Below are positions 18,568 to 31,212 of a stretch of DNA of 64,000 nucleotides, in pieces (the stretch's first letter is position 1; every line of letters starts with the position of its first letter). A program made the translations under genes and the position numbers. Under the pieces are notes generated by a model that saw only the letters and a list, made by a program, of their open reading frames with translations, was not told the origin of the DNA and made no database searches. The stretch comes from a virus, in the IMG/VR virus record IMGVR_UViG_3300035698_035359, positions 1 through 64,000 of that record; one strand, given 5' to 3'.

Positions 18568-19071
18568 TTAATAATTGGGTCGATAGTCATATATGGGAGG
18601 TGGAATAACAACATCAATAAACCCCTTTCCTAAACAAACAGGACATTTATCTTTGACAATAAAAAATCCTTTTTCCATTGTCACTATCCCAGTCCCACCA
18701 CAATTTAAACATTGTTTCTTTCTACCTCCTTCTTTTATTGCTTCTCCTAAATTTTCTTCTATTTTTTCCTGTACTTCTTGAGTTTCACTGATAAAGTCTT
18801 CATTAAACTTCTTTAACACTCCCTCCAACTTACCCTCTACTGTCACCTCTTCATCAGTTATTCCATACTTATCATACATACTTCGTTTCTTAGGGTCAAT
18901 TAATATGCTGTGAGCAAAATTAATTTCTTTAAATATATCCGCAGCGTGAGCCTTTTTCCATATAGGTACTCTATCTGGATGATGTTTAAGAGCAAGTTTT
19001 CTAAATGCTTTTTTAATATCATCAGATGTTGCAGTTACTACTATTTCTAAAGTTAAATATAAATTTTTCAT
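18568..19071 (-). CDS. J-domain (DnaJ-like) protein with Zn finger
   Basis: [16 protein letters not shown]; CLNCGGTG...CPVCLGKG. Confidence 0.88.
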   Translation of the reverse strand: MKNLYLTLEIVVTATSDDIKKAFRKLALKHHPDRVPIWKKAHAADIFKEINFAHSILIDPKKRSMYDKYGITDEEVTVEGKLEGVLKKFNEDFISETQEVQEKIEENLGEAIKEGGRKKQCLNCGGTGIVTMEKGFFIVKDKCPVCLGKGFIDVVIPPPIYDYRPNY

Positions 19072-19075
19072 TTTT

Positions 19076-19534
19076 TCACCATTTTTTGATTAGAAAATAT
19101 AAATTATATTGATTTATTTCTTTTACCCCTAATAATATTTGGCGGTCACTACCACTTCTTTTTATATCTGGATAAGCTATATAGAAACAATCAAAGTGAT
19201 TAAATTTAGTAGCTTTTTCCATTTCTAATAATGCTTCAAAAGGAATTTCTCTACAACTTCTTTCTATTTTTTTAAGAGTAACACCTTTAGTAGTATCATT
19301 GTCATATATTATAAGATATTCAAGTTCATTTATAGGAATATGTTCGTATCCCAGTGAGCATGTTAAGATAATTTGTTTTTGTTTTTCTAAGTTTAAATTA
19401 TCTGCCATTTTATATTTAGCAAATTGTTCTTTGGTCAGTTTAATCCCATCAATAATTTTTTCTTCTTCCTGTTTCTTTTCTAATTTTTGATTTATCTTAT
19501 CTTCATCTATATAATCTTTTGCAGATTTAAACAT
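19076..19534 (-). CDS. Hypothetical protein
   Basis: ORF with RBS in the operon. Confidence 0.55.
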   Translation of the reverse strand: MFKSAKDYIDEDKINQKLEKKQEEEKIIDGIKLTKEQFAKYKMADNLNLEKQKQIILTCSLGYEHIPINELEYLIIYDNDTTKGVTLKKIERSCREIPFEALLEMEKATKFNHFDCFYIAYPDIKRSGSDRQILLGVKEINQYNLYFLIKKW

Positions 19535-19556
19535 TTTTTATTCCTTTCTTTTTAGT

Positions 19557-19820
19557 TTATAATTCAAATTCTATTTCAAAGTCCTTCCCTTGAGGTAATT
19601 TAGCTATAACATTAAACTTAAATTCTTGGTATCCTTCTGACTTACTTGTTAGTTCTAATATTACTGCTAATGCTAACTGGGCTGGTCCACTTCCTGCATA
19701 TCCCCAATTAAAACCATCTGGGCTATGATTATATATCTTTTGGCTTTGAGTAGGTGTCAATGGCTCATCATCGAGAAACACTACTCTACTTGGATATATT
19801 CCTTTTAATATATGTTTCAT
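19557..19820 (-). CDS. DUF6166-like phage protein
   Basis: NHSPDGFNWGYAGSGPAQLALA. Confidence 0.75.
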   Translation of the reverse strand: MKHILKGIYPSRVVFLDDEPLTPTQSQKIYNHSPDGFNWGYAGSGPAQLALAVILELTSKSEGYQEFKFNVIAKLPQGKDFEIEFEL

Positions 19821-20263
19821 ATCATATCCTCCTTTAATGTTCTTAACCTTGAACAAAACTCTCTTTCAGTTAATATTGTGCGATTGGTATCTCGTTTACC
19901 AATGCTATGTGTAAATACTGCTTTCCTTGAAGCTTTGAGTGCGTTTCTAAAGCTTACAGATTGATTAAACATACACTTATAAGCTTTGTTTATTAGTTCT
20001 TGATATTCGCTTGAGTGTCTATTTATTCCTTTACCCTTCCAATATAGTGTCTGCGTTTTCCACCACTTCTTTCGTTTACCTTTGAATTTAGCTTTTAGTC
20101 CTATTAAAGAACAAACGTACTTTTGCATTTCTGGATTTTTAAATTTAAGACTTTGTAAAAATCCTTCCATACTGTTACATTGTATATTATCAATTATAAA
20201 TCTATGTCCTGCAAAGTTAGATAGAGCATTTGCTGGATATTTATTATTGGAACCTATATTCAT
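19817..20263 (-). CDS. NADAR-family protein (T4 gp30.3-like)
   Basis: ALSNFA..F.ID...SMEGFLQSLKF...QTLYW.G....R....F.NAL.AS....FTHSIG. Confidence 0.75.
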   Translation of the reverse strand: MNIGSNNKYPANALSNFAGHRFIIDNIQCNSMEGFLQSLKFKNPEMQKYVCSLIGLKAKFKGKRKKWWKTQTLYWKGKGINRHSSEYQELINKAYKCMFNQSVSFRNALKASRKAVFTHSIGKRDTNRTILTEREFCSRLRTLKEDMI

Positions 20264-20394
20264 TATTATTTCCCTTTTCAGACATTTTTTAACTCTTTTA
20301 TTTAATATAAAAAGCAATAGAAATCATAGATATTATTGTTATTATGGCAATAACAAAACAGATTAATGCCATCTTATTAACTTCATTTATTTTG

Positions 20395-21417
20395 TCAGAC
20401 ATTTTTTAACTCCTTTATTTTATCAATTCCCTCTTGCGTGATTTTACGCCCCCGTGGTGTTCTTATTACTAAACCATTTTTAAGTAGATATGGCTCAATT
20501 TGATAGTTATAATTTTCACTTGAAGTATCTAAATAGCTAACCAAACCCTGTAATCCTACACCTTTCTCATTTTTGGCTATATATTCTAATATCTTTAAAT
20601 CTTCGTCAGTATAACCATCTTTAATTATATTATCATTTTCAAGCACTTGCTGTATATTTCCCTCAAGATATATTGTAGCCTCTAACAAGCTTATCGCAAT
20701 TCGGGGAGTACTCCTACTGTTCTTTCCTATTATAGTATATATGTTTTCATTAATTGTGTCGTTTGGAAACGTGTTCATCTTATATTGTTTTACTATTTCA
20801 CTTATGTCCTCATTAGTATAATCTTCGAGCTTAATTTTAATTTTAAAGCGGTCGAAGAAAGGGCGTCTACTTTTAATTATCTCTCCTAATTCCGTTGTTG
20901 CTCCTATTAAAGTGAATTGTTCTATAGGTTCTCCATTATGTGTAAAGTCTTCCATTATAGTATATATTTGTTCAGCATCTTCTCGTGGCATAGCGTGTAT
21001 CTCATCACGAAATAAAATACCTCCTTCAACCTCCTCTATATCTGAATCAATATATGCTATATCTGCATTAGATGTGATTTGTTCTTTAAACTTGACTTGC
21101 AATTCATTTGCTATTATTCTTGCAAGAGTTGTTTTACCACAACCAGCTTTACCGTGAATAAGTATATGTGGCATTGTGGCTTCCCTTTTTTGCATAGCGT
21201 TTATATATGATATCAGTTTATTTTTGGCTTTCTCTTGCCCAATATATTCTTCAAAGATTTGAGGTCTAAAGATTTTAGTTTTAGGTGCAGGAGCAAACTC
21301 CATTTCCCGTTTTTCAGTGGGTAAATCCAAATTGTCTATATCGTTGCTATGAGAATTTTTAAAATCTTTCACCATATCTGCAACAGGGTCAAATAACCAA
21401 TCAAAAAATCCATTCAT
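20395..21417 (-). CDS. ruvB: RuvB-like Holliday junction helicase
   Basis: RPQIFEEYIGQE, GKAGCGKTTLA, DEIH, FTLIGATTE, TPRIA, IEPYLL, RTPRGR. Confidence 0.9.
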   Translation of the reverse strand: MNGFFDWLFDPVADMVKDFKNSHSNDIDNLDLPTEKREMEFAPAPKTKIFRPQIFEEYIGQEKAKNKLISYINAMQKREATMPHILIHGKAGCGKTTLARIIANELQVKFKEQITSNADIAYIDSDIEEVEGGILFRDEIHAMPREDAEQIYTIMEDFTHNGEPIEQFTLIGATTELGEIIKSRRPFFDRFKIKIKLEDYTNEDISEIVKQYKMNTFPNDTINENIYTIIGKNSRSTPRIAISLLEATIYLEGNIQQVLENDNIIKDGYTDEDLKILEYIAKNEKGVGLQGLVSYLDTSSENYNYQIEPYLLKNGLVIRTPRGRKITQEGIDKIKELKNV

Positions 21418-22322
21418 ACTATTACCCTCTTTCTTTCAAGCCTTTAAAATAATGCTTGAGCCATTTCTTTCCAGTTCTATGTGATATTTCATTGATGATA
21501 CCACCAATAATTATACCCATACAAAATATTAAAAATCTATTGCACATATTATTTCCCCTCTATATTAATTTATTATTTAATATAGTAGCCATCCAAACTT
21601 TATTTAATCCTACAGCACAATATATACCCTTTGATTTTGTAAAACTCCACACTCCCAGTAATACCGTGTAGCCATTATCGCCCGTTTTAGTAGGGTATGA
21701 GTTTGTTGCTTTTAATTCTCTTATACCTCTACCATATCTATCAAGAATATAGTCTTGTGCTTCCTGAGACATTGATTTTACATCTTTACTACCATAACCT
21801 ATTTCCCTAAATTCCTTCATTAATTTCTTTTTAAGCGTCTTATTCATTTTTATTTCTCCTATCTCAGTTTATCCCAAACATACAACCACATTTTGGACAA
21901 TCTGCTACATATTCAGGACTACCTTCCCTTAATATTTCTTTTGCTTCTTGCTGTGTTTTAACAACAATAACCTTTTTTAAATCTCTACTATAAACATATA
22001 TTTTCTTATTCATTGTCTTCCTCTTTTGGATAAACCTTTAATACTCTTGCAACATTAGGTAATTTGCTCGCAATCTCTTCGGCTTCATCACTTATAACTG
22101 CTCTAACTTCGATAATATCTTCAACTAATCGTAAAACTACTACTTTGTATGTTACATCTGCTGACATCATTCCTCCTCTTTTTGCACTCTTAATATTAGT
22201 GTGTCCTTATCCTCATCTTCATCAGCTATATTACAATCAGGATAGTCTGCTGTACTTAGAATGTCGCCGTTGTAGTTCTCAAACTGTATTCGTATGTTCA
22301 TATCAACTCCTCAGCCTTTGCT

Positions 22323-22703
22323 TTATAGATTAGGATTTGTTAGATTTTCACAGTCTTTCCAGTTCTTAAAATCTCTTTCTGCTTTTTCCTCTGCCTTTGC
22401 TATGGCTTGTTCTGCTATTCCACAAATCTCATTATAGGTTTGAATATAAGGATTATCACTTTTCTTTGGATAACCTCCATTATATGAAGCAATTAACTTC
22501 AACGCCTTAACCAACCCATCATAATTATTCACACAATGGACTATTCTTTTGGCATTGGCTAATGCTTCCTCATCTGATATACCAAAGGTTGAGCGTGTAA
22601 CAAATCCTATATGCTTATCTTCACAATCAATATCAAAAACTGCTCCATCATTCCAATCTTGCTTTTCATCTCTTACTTCCCACTTCCCTTTTGTATGGCT
22701 CAT
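22323..22703 (-). CDS. Hypothetical protein (paralogue of 25128-25430)
   Basis: MSHTKGKW...ANAKRIVHCVNNYDGLV...QAIAKAEEK. Confidence 0.7.
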   Translation of the reverse strand: MSHTKGKWEVRDEKQDWNDGAVFDIDCEDKHIGFVTRSTFGISDEEALANAKRIVHCVNNYDGLVKALKLIASYNGGYPKKSDNPYIQTYNEICGIAEQAIAKAEEKAERDFKNWKDCENLTNPNL

Positions 22704-22902
22704 AACTCCCTCTTTAGTTTTAATAATTCATTTTCTTTCATAGTCCAATGTTGGTCAGAACCATCAGGCACTACAAGATAAATTCCTTTTTCTTTATCTA
22801 TAAGCTTGACTATCTTTCCGAAATCATTAAAGTTTTTAAAACCTACTCTTTCAAGCCTTTTGAATTTCATTTTAGTCTCCAATCTTTTTTAATCTACAAC
22901 TA

Positions 22903-22938
22903 TATTATACTATACCAACAGCTACTTTGTAAAGCTTT
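22903..22938 (-). promoter_or_regulatory. Conserved promoter, class B (copy 2)
   Basis: AAAGCTTTACAAAGT...TAGTATAATA. Confidence 0.7.
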
Positions 22939-25127
22939 ATTTTAATTTATTATGAAATTTATTTTCCTTCTATTTTTTACCATAAAGTTTCTAATCTTTT
23001 TAGCATATTGTATTAAATTTTCTAAAGTAACTTTCTTGTTTTCTCTGCGTAATTCAATTAGAGCAAGTGAAAATACATTTAACATTTTATTTTTTCTCCC
23101 TTTTAGTTTTCTATTTCAAAAGTTTTTCTGTTAACTTTATATTGTTCTGTATGAACAGTATTTTGGCAATCACTTTGTACACCCCATTTAAGCTCAATAT
23201 CAAAATATTCTTTATCATAATTAAACATTTCTGTTTGAGCAAATCCATCACTTATTTTTGATATTCCTGTTAATACCTCACAAGTATCACTTTCTAATTT
23301 ATCTAATACTTTTATGAGTTTTTTTAATTCATCATTTGCAACTTTCATCTTTATTATTCCTTTCTTATTTTTTTAGGTAAAAGGGTGTAATCGGGTTTTC
23401 CTAAACGCAAGATAATACCCCCTTTACCATTTTTAACCGTTGTCATACATAATTCTCTTAACATTAATCTTAATACTTTCCTTATATCAGTTTTATCAGA
23501 CGCTTGAAAGTGATAAATATCATTAAACATATCTCTAAACAATAGTTCAAAATTATGTTTTGAAATATAATCATAATATAATCCACCAACAACTGTTAAT
23601 ATATCGCTATTTGATATATGTTTAGTTTCTATTGCACACCTTGCTCCAACTAATATTCTCAAATCTTCTAACACATCTACTTTCTTATACCAACCTTTAG
23701 CGTATAAGAATATATGCCTATCGCAATTATTGTTATCCATTTTGTTTCTCCTATTTTATTAATATTATTAATTATTTATTACTATTTATTTCCTTTAAAA
23801 CGATATTAGCGGGTATATTGTATATTGCTCCATTTTTTAATTCAGCCTTTGCTCCAAGTCCTGATGCTAAACTAAAAACTTCTTTTACTTTAAGACCTTT
23901 GCGTGTTAAAAAATTTCTAACTGCTTTGTCTATTTCTTCGTGTTTACATTTCCATAACATATTAGTCTCCTTAGGTTGAAGTTGTTTGTTTAGACACGAT
24001 TTTTTTTAAGAAACTTTTTATATTTAATAGCCTTAACTATTTTTCTTTTTTGTGCTTTATTGCCCCGTGTTTTAAATGCTTTAACTTTTTCAGGGTCCTC
24101 TAATATGTGTTGCCAATAATTCCAATTATCGGGTGGTTTCATTTGTAACCTTTCTTTTTATACATCACCTCAACCAGTTATGTGGTCTGTAACGATTTTT
24201 ATACTTAATCTTATTTTCCTCCTGTCTTTGTTTCTTCTGTCGCTCACATTGTTTGAGTAGGTGTTTAGTTCTCATTATAGTATTCTCTTATATTTTCCAT
24301 CGAATCTATCAGCACCAAATACACTGAAATATACTAATATTGATGCACACATAATTATTGCTCCCCCAGAGTAAAAATCAGAGTTGCTCCATATCAATAA
24401 CCATAGCCCCCAACTAAATCCCCACAATCTATTTCCAAAATCTTTATTCATCATTTCTCTCCTTTCTTTTTGATATCCAATAAACCACAAAAATTTTTAA
24501 ACATAGTTTCATCTATAAAAAACATATAGCCATTATCTAATTCTAACCATCCTACCATATTTGCTCTATAATCACTACCAGTCATTGCTTCATTTAACAA
24601 TACTCTTTCTTTAGGGGTATAGTTAAGATTATCTACTGCAAAAAGCGTAATTCTTTTCAAGATTTCGGTCTCATCCTCTGCTCTACATATAACATATACA
24701 GTTTTATATCCTTCTTTTTTATCTTCTCTATAAGAAGCATAGTGGTATGGTACGATTACTTCCTTTGCTATAAGTTTGCTTCTATCTTCTATCAACTGGG
24801 CAAATGTTTTTGGGATAGCACCAAATTCAAATTCAGCAGAACCCATATAGTCGAATACACATATTTGCCTTAATATATTTCTGCATTCCTCATTAAAACC
24901 TGTTACTTGTAGCCCGTTTGCCATTACTTGTTCTAATACATTTTTTGGTGTTCCTTTAAAAGGTTTTTGAAGTCTTTGAATTAAATATGATGTTCTCATT
25001 TTCCTTATCCTTTCATTTTTTTAATAAGTATTTAATCATACAAAACCAAGCAGTTAGCAAAAATACACTAATAAAAAGTGCCTTAAGTAACTCATTTATT
25101 CCTTGAAATAACTCTTGTCCTGTCATT

Positions 25128-25430
25128 TTATTTTCCTTTCTCCTCTGCCTTTGCTATGGCTTGTTTTAGTATACCAATTTTAATAGAAAGTATATCCTTT
25201 TCTTCGCTAATGTTTGTTTTATAAAGCTGTCTTTCTAATTCTTCTTTGCTTATCTCACAAGCCTCAACCAACCCATCATAATTATTAACACAATGGACTA
25301 TGCGTTTGGCGTTGGCTTTGCTATCCATAAATATAGAATCTCCTTTTTCATCTACTATATCCCAACCCCAATCATTTGAATGTGTGCTTACTACTTTAAT
25401 CGCTACCCACTTCCCTTTTGTATAACTCAT
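25128..25430 (-). CDS. Hypothetical protein (paralogue of 22323-22703)
   Basis: MSYTKGKW...ANAKRIVHCVNNYDGLV...QAIAKAEEK. Confidence 0.7.
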   Translation of the reverse strand: MSYTKGKWVAIKVVSTHSNDWGWDIVDEKGDSIFMDSKANAKRIVHCVNNYDGLVEACEISKEELERQLYKTNISEEKDILSIKIGILKQAIAKAEEKGK

Positions 25431-26977
25431 AATTCCTTCCTTTCATAATAACAATCAAATTTTAGACTATACCACTCCTGTCCTTCCCATCCACAATTTT
25501 TACAACTAACTTCATAAAAATAACTTTCCTCGCAAGGTTCACTACTACCATATTCCAAGTTTCTTTTTTTACATTTAGGACATTGTCCCAATACACTATT
25601 TTTTACTTGTTCCATAACACTCTCCTTTCTTATATTATAACTTTTAACTTCTTCAATAGTTTCTTAAGCCTATATTTCTGTTGCTTGATTTTCTTGTTAT
25701 GTTTTTTGATATTCATTTTATTTCTTCTCTCTTTATTCATTAATATCTGTTGTTAATTCATCACCAAGTCTTGCTCCAGGGTGTCCAAATAAATTACATT
25801 TTCTGATTTCTTTTAAATTCATTTCTTTTTTTAATTGCCCAACTGTTCCCTTGAATAAAATCATATTGCGGATGAATTTCATATCCCCTATATAAGCATA
25901 TTCATAATATACGGGGTAGTCGTCTGGTATTACTGTTTCTGATGATAATAATAAATGTTTCATTTCATCTTCTCCCCTTATTAATAATTATTACTATTTT
26001 ATTTGTTAGTTTCTTGCTTTTCTTATTACACAGCTACATTTATAACACTCCCAATATTTCTCTGTTCTACCATTTTTAAGGTCATATGTTGATATCCCCA
26101 CATCTTTGTCTGATTTACATTCATTACACTTTGGCACTTCCCTTGTAGTTCCATCTTCAAAAGTTTTTTTCATGACCCTATCTCCTTATTAGTAATTATT
26201 ACTATTTATTAGTTTTAAGTTTTGCATCTTCTCTTACAACTACTTCCCAAGCTTTTACTTTTAGCCAATGGAAAGCACCTATTAAACTTATTCCTCCCTT
26301 CCTCGCACTATTAACTATTGCAAGAAAGTCATTTGTATCCATAATACCTTCTTCTAAGGCTTCTCTAGCTAAAGATATAATCTCTGATACTGTTGCTCCC
26401 TTTAAACTGTTTATATACTCTGCTAGGGTGTTCATATCATACCTCCCATCTTATAAAGTTAAAACATCTATTACACACTATATACCACCGTTTCTTTGTT
26501 TCGTCATATAGACTTGTTTCATTTTTAGATATACAACAATTCATATCATTTCTCCTCTTAAACTCATAAAATATTTAAATAATAAATTATTTGCACAGCT
26601 TGTTTCGTGCCAACTTTTTCTAACAAATTTTATTGGTATTAAAATTCCTAAATAATATCTTCCATCTTTCCATGTAGCGTCATATACTTGATTATTTTTA
26701 ACATTGAATCCGTGTTCAAAAGGTAAACCTATAAAACTTGTAATACCCCAACCCTCATAATATTTATGCTGACTATCGCTTATTGCTAGAGATTGGGCGT
26801 TATAGTAGCATTGTTTCATTTTACCCCTATTCTCAAGGTATTGAGCACCTTTAAACGATTCACCTGCTTGTAATACCCACTTATAGTACTCCGTAACAGT
26901 ATTGTTTTTGTTTGTTTTGTGCATTTTTAGGATTTGTTTTAAGTATTTTTTTATCATTTTATTTTTCTCTTATTTCT

Positions 26978-27006
26978 ATTGTAACATTTCCAGAGGTGTT
27001 GTCAAG
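26978..27006 (-). promoter_or_regulatory. Sigma70-type early promoter
   Basis: CTTGACA-16-TACAAT with TGn extension. Confidence 0.65.
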
Positions 27007-27552
27007 CATTATTTTTTATTTAATACAACTTTTTTTCCGTCTTGTATCACTTGTAAAACTATATCTAAGCACTTGTCACATTTGCATAAGTGATTAGTAA
27101 TTTCATGGACAACCCACTCGTCTTTGATTTCATGTCGCAGATATTCATTTAATCTTTTTAATGTTGGACATTCCATTTTATTTTTCCTCCTTACTACTTA
27201 TTAGAGTAAATATAGTTTCCTTATAATCTTCTAAATCTTTTTGTAATGCTCCTTTTTTTATTAATTTTTCCTCCGCCATTAGAACTGCAAAACCTTCTGC
27301 GGTCATATATACAGGTAACCCTGTTCCAGTACCAAAATCAAAATGAACCACATAAAACCCGTGTTTTATGCTCGGCTTTCTTATTTTTAATATTTTTCTA
27401 CTCATTTTTTATCTCCTCTCGATTTGATAGATTTTATATCCCAGCTAATATTTTCAATTTCTCTTATTCTTGCTTTGCTATTTTCGTCTTTGACGGGTTG
27501 CATTATTAAATTATAATATTCTCTTACTATATCTATGGTAGTCATTTTATTA

Positions 27553-27978
27553 CTACACTTTCTTTTTATAAAACGTATGTTGACCAATTTTACAAGTAAT
27601 TTCCATATCTTTCGCCCACCAGGGAATACCAAATTGCTCTATATTTTCATAGTGAGTGGCACCCTTTGTAACGTCTGGAGTCCCTAATATAAATACTTTT
27701 ATTATTATATCCTTTGCCATCTGCTCATATCTCTTACCTTGTCGCTTGACAAAGGGAGTGAGATCCTTTCGCACTAGGGCTATGCACCCTAAAGATTTTC
27801 CTCTTATTAGTCTGTTTCTATATACACAAGTAACTGCGTACATTCCATTGTATCCCTCAGAAACAGCCTCACCTATAATCCCTTTCCAAAGGTCGCTTGG
27901 ATAGGTTACTTCTTTGGCATTAACTAAAGATATAGAAAAGTTTAAAACTATTACTACTATTAATAAATGTTTAAACAT
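27553..27978 (-). CDS. Cell wall hydrolase (SleB/Hydrolase_2 family) with signal peptide
   Basis: GEA..EG..GM.AV..VY.NR, DVTKGATHY, PWWA, IGQHTFY. Confidence 0.85.
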   Translation of the reverse strand: MFKHLLIVVIVLNFSISLVNAKEVTYPSDLWKGIIGEAVSEGYNGMYAVTCVYRNRLIRGKSLGCIALVRKDLTPFVKRQGKRYEQMAKDIIIKVFILGTPDVTKGATHYENIEQFGIPWWAKDMEITCKIGQHTFYKKKV

Positions 27979-30022
27979 TTTATATCCTCATTAGTTTATA
28001 GACTTTTTTCCTTGCCTCGTCAATATCAGTTGTACCCTTAAAAAAATCTTTATGATTATCGCAGGCGTCAATTGCAATTCTTTCCCCAGTTTGCCTATCC
28101 TTCCTACTTATTCTCCATATGCTTTCTACTACCTTCCCTTCTTGATACTTGCAAACATCACATATAGTCAGTTTCATTTTGTTTCTCCTTTTATTACTTT
28201 TATTTGTAAACGGTGGTGTTCTTCAAATACCAATTTAACTCGGAGTAGCTGATTAAATCAGTTTTTAAAACTCCATTTTCCATGTATGTTATAATTAAAT
28301 CCATTTTAGTTACCTTTCACCTTTATAGATTCCTTATTAATATTATTAATAGATATCTATTCTCCAATTATCTTCAATTTAATTTCTGTGGGATTAACAT
28401 CTTTCATATCTGGTAAATTTTCACAGATAATTTCTTCTTCCAATCCATTTTTTCTTAAAATCTTTTCATAGTATTTTACTTTTTGCTTGGTTGTCATTTT
28501 GTTCCTCCTTTATTAATATTATTAATATCGTCTTATTTTATTGTTGCATATTAGCTTTCTTTTGTCAATGCTTTATATTCATATTGATAGGTTGCCAACT
28601 TTGCTCCCAGTTTCAGGTTTAAAGGTTTACGTCTGATTAAATTTCTAATACGTTTTGCCAAAATCTGCGGTCTTTTCTCCCTGTTTACAGTTGGGTTTGG
28701 TATATTGTTTTGCATTTCATTTCCTTTCTTTTTACTTCGTTAATTTATATGCTCTATATTCGCCCCAAAAATAGTCATTAATAGTATCAAGGGTCCCAAA
28801 ATAATGTCCTCTATGTATCACTCCATAACCTTTAATACCATATATTTCACCTGTTGCATTTACTATCATATATTTTCCGCAACCGCCTAAGTCTATATTA
28901 GTATATTTTCTTTTCATTATATATCTTGCAACCGCATTGTCCAGATTACATTGGCAATCAAGTCCAGTTTCTTTTAACCTTTGATGTTGGTCTATTGTAA
29001 TTTTATCGCATAGTGCCTGAAGTTTAGTTTCCATTTCATCCCTTTACATTTTTTGAAATCAGTTTTATTTTAAAATCCCGTCCTAATGAAATAACCCCTT
29101 TATCATTGTCCCATTCTATATGTTTCTTTCTGATAAACTTTCTGATATTCCTTCTTGCTGGTTGCTCGAATCGTCCACCCATAATCAAGTCGTAAATATC
29201 CTCAAATAATAATTCATGTTTCGTCATTATCTTCTACCTTTCTGCCATTAGATGGTTTTATTATAGTGAAAGCATTTATCAAGATATAATTTTGCTTTAA
29301 TCCTAGCGTCTTCCTCCGTTGTACCGTCAATTATAGCATTACTACACTTTTTCCCACCCCTCGTAAATGTTGCAAAGGAGGCAGTTTTCCCCTTTTCTAC
29401 ATTTATTTTAAATCCTCTATATGTTTTATATTTCATATTTTCCCCCTTAGCCTTCATGTTATTCTGAATATTCCTCCCTTAGCCACTTCTTTGCAACTGA
29501 TATCTTTCTTGTGTTGTATCGAACGATATCCACTCCGTCAAGTGTGATATCATATTGCCCTTGATACCTATTGAATGTTAAAATATATCTTTTTTTATTT
29601 ATTATTGTTACACCGTCGGTTGCGTTGTTATGTAGTTTAATAACTGCGTTATTGATTGCTCTTACATCCATATATCCTCCTATCGATTAACTACGTTTCT
29701 TATTGATAAATATATCTCAATCTAACATCTGCTATTTTGCCTATTACTTCGCCAATCTCTTCGGCTCTTATCTTATCTCCGTTATGCCACAAAGTCCTTG
29801 CTATACTTTGTAATCTTATCATACGAGCTGATAAACTTTCGTATCTGCCTTGTGTGTCTTTAAACATCTTGCTTCCTTTCTTTTAACTACGTTTATTCCT
29901 CATTAATAGTATCAGCGTTACAATCAGGGCACATTAAAACACCCTTATACTTAATCATATCTCTTCCACAATTACACTTCATATTTTCCCCTTCGGTTAT
30001 GTTGCGTTCTTATTGATAATTC

Positions 30023-30051
30023 ATTTTATCACATTCCAAATATTTGTCAAG
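30023..30051 (-). promoter_or_regulatory. Sigma70-type early promoter
   Basis: CTTGACA-16-TAAAAT with TGn extension. Confidence 0.65.
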
Positions 30052-31126
30052 AACTATTTTAAAAAATAAAATTATTCCAAATTCTCGTTGAGCATATTAA
30101 ATCCCAACTTTAATTTATATCCATTCTTGCGGTTTATATCTGTTGCTAAATCATTGGTAGGATGTCCAATATCTAATATTTTACCATATCGACATTCAGT
30201 ACAGAACATTTTATGGTGTTTTGTACAGGGTTTGATTGCATTTTTTTCCTCTTGACTTAGTTTTAGTTTTTCAAACATTTTAAACCTCCTTTAAGGTTAT
30301 ATTATTCGGGGCTATCCTAAATGTACTATATCGTAGGACTATCCTGAATTTATCATATAGCCAAAATTTTAAGATTTTTCCAGGATTTTGATTCGTGAAT
30401 TCAATCACGGACTCCGTTATTCTGGTAACGGACTTAGATTCGGTATAGTATCCATGCTCCACTCATGCTTCCTCATGCTCGCCCTTACATGATTATCCTC
30501 GGAGTCATAGATTGTATTATTAATAGTATTAATAAAATCCAGATACATCCTTAACTTACCTCCTATGTGGTAGGCATGTTGATTGACTTACTTATATACT
30601 CTATGCTCCTTGGAGCATGGTTCCAGCTTGTCCTCGTCTATCTCCTTTGTGTTTTTCTGTCTGTCAATACTTAGTACTAATTCCAGTAGGTGTTATTGGC
30701 AATTTTCTTGCGTCAATAATTCCAATTATTATGGTAGGATTTTTTTACTGTTGATTGATTCATAAAAAATTATTAATAATTATTAAAATAAATCCACCAC
30801 TACTTTTGGCAAGTGTTTAAAAGCCATAATTCCATACCTATCTTTTGGCAATTTTTTGGCGATATCTTTTTTCATTCTACATAAACCTGTACCGATTTTA
30901 TAACCGTATTTAATACTTGAAAGTGGGTGGCTTGTCACATAGACCAAGGTTAATGGACACCAAATTAATCCGCCAATCATAAAAATCGAAATCGCCTTTT
31001 TTAAATTTCCTATAACATCTCTGTATTTATACCATAGGAATTTTATTACAATTATTACTACCATTATTATTATCAGGTATTTTATCATGATACTTCTCCT
31101 TTTTGTTATGTTGTATTATACAATTA

Positions 31127-31181
31127 AGCAAGTAGGTAATCATGCGGAGGATTAATTCTCCTACTTGATACCTTACTTGCT
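31127..31181 (-). other. Long imperfect intergenic hairpin (processing site or terminator)
   Basis: AGCAAGTA.GGTA.TCA...GGAG-loop-CTCC...TGA.TACC.TACTTGCT. Confidence 0.55.
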
Positions 31182-31212
31182 GATTCATAGCTTGACCCTA
31201 TCCTCTCTTGCT

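Larger units (their letters stand above)
21560..31088 (-). other. Cluster of >25 small early-type hypothetical ORFs
   Basis: Tightly packed minus-strand ORFs with AGGAG-type RBS, interspersed with TTGACA promoters. Confidence 0.7.
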
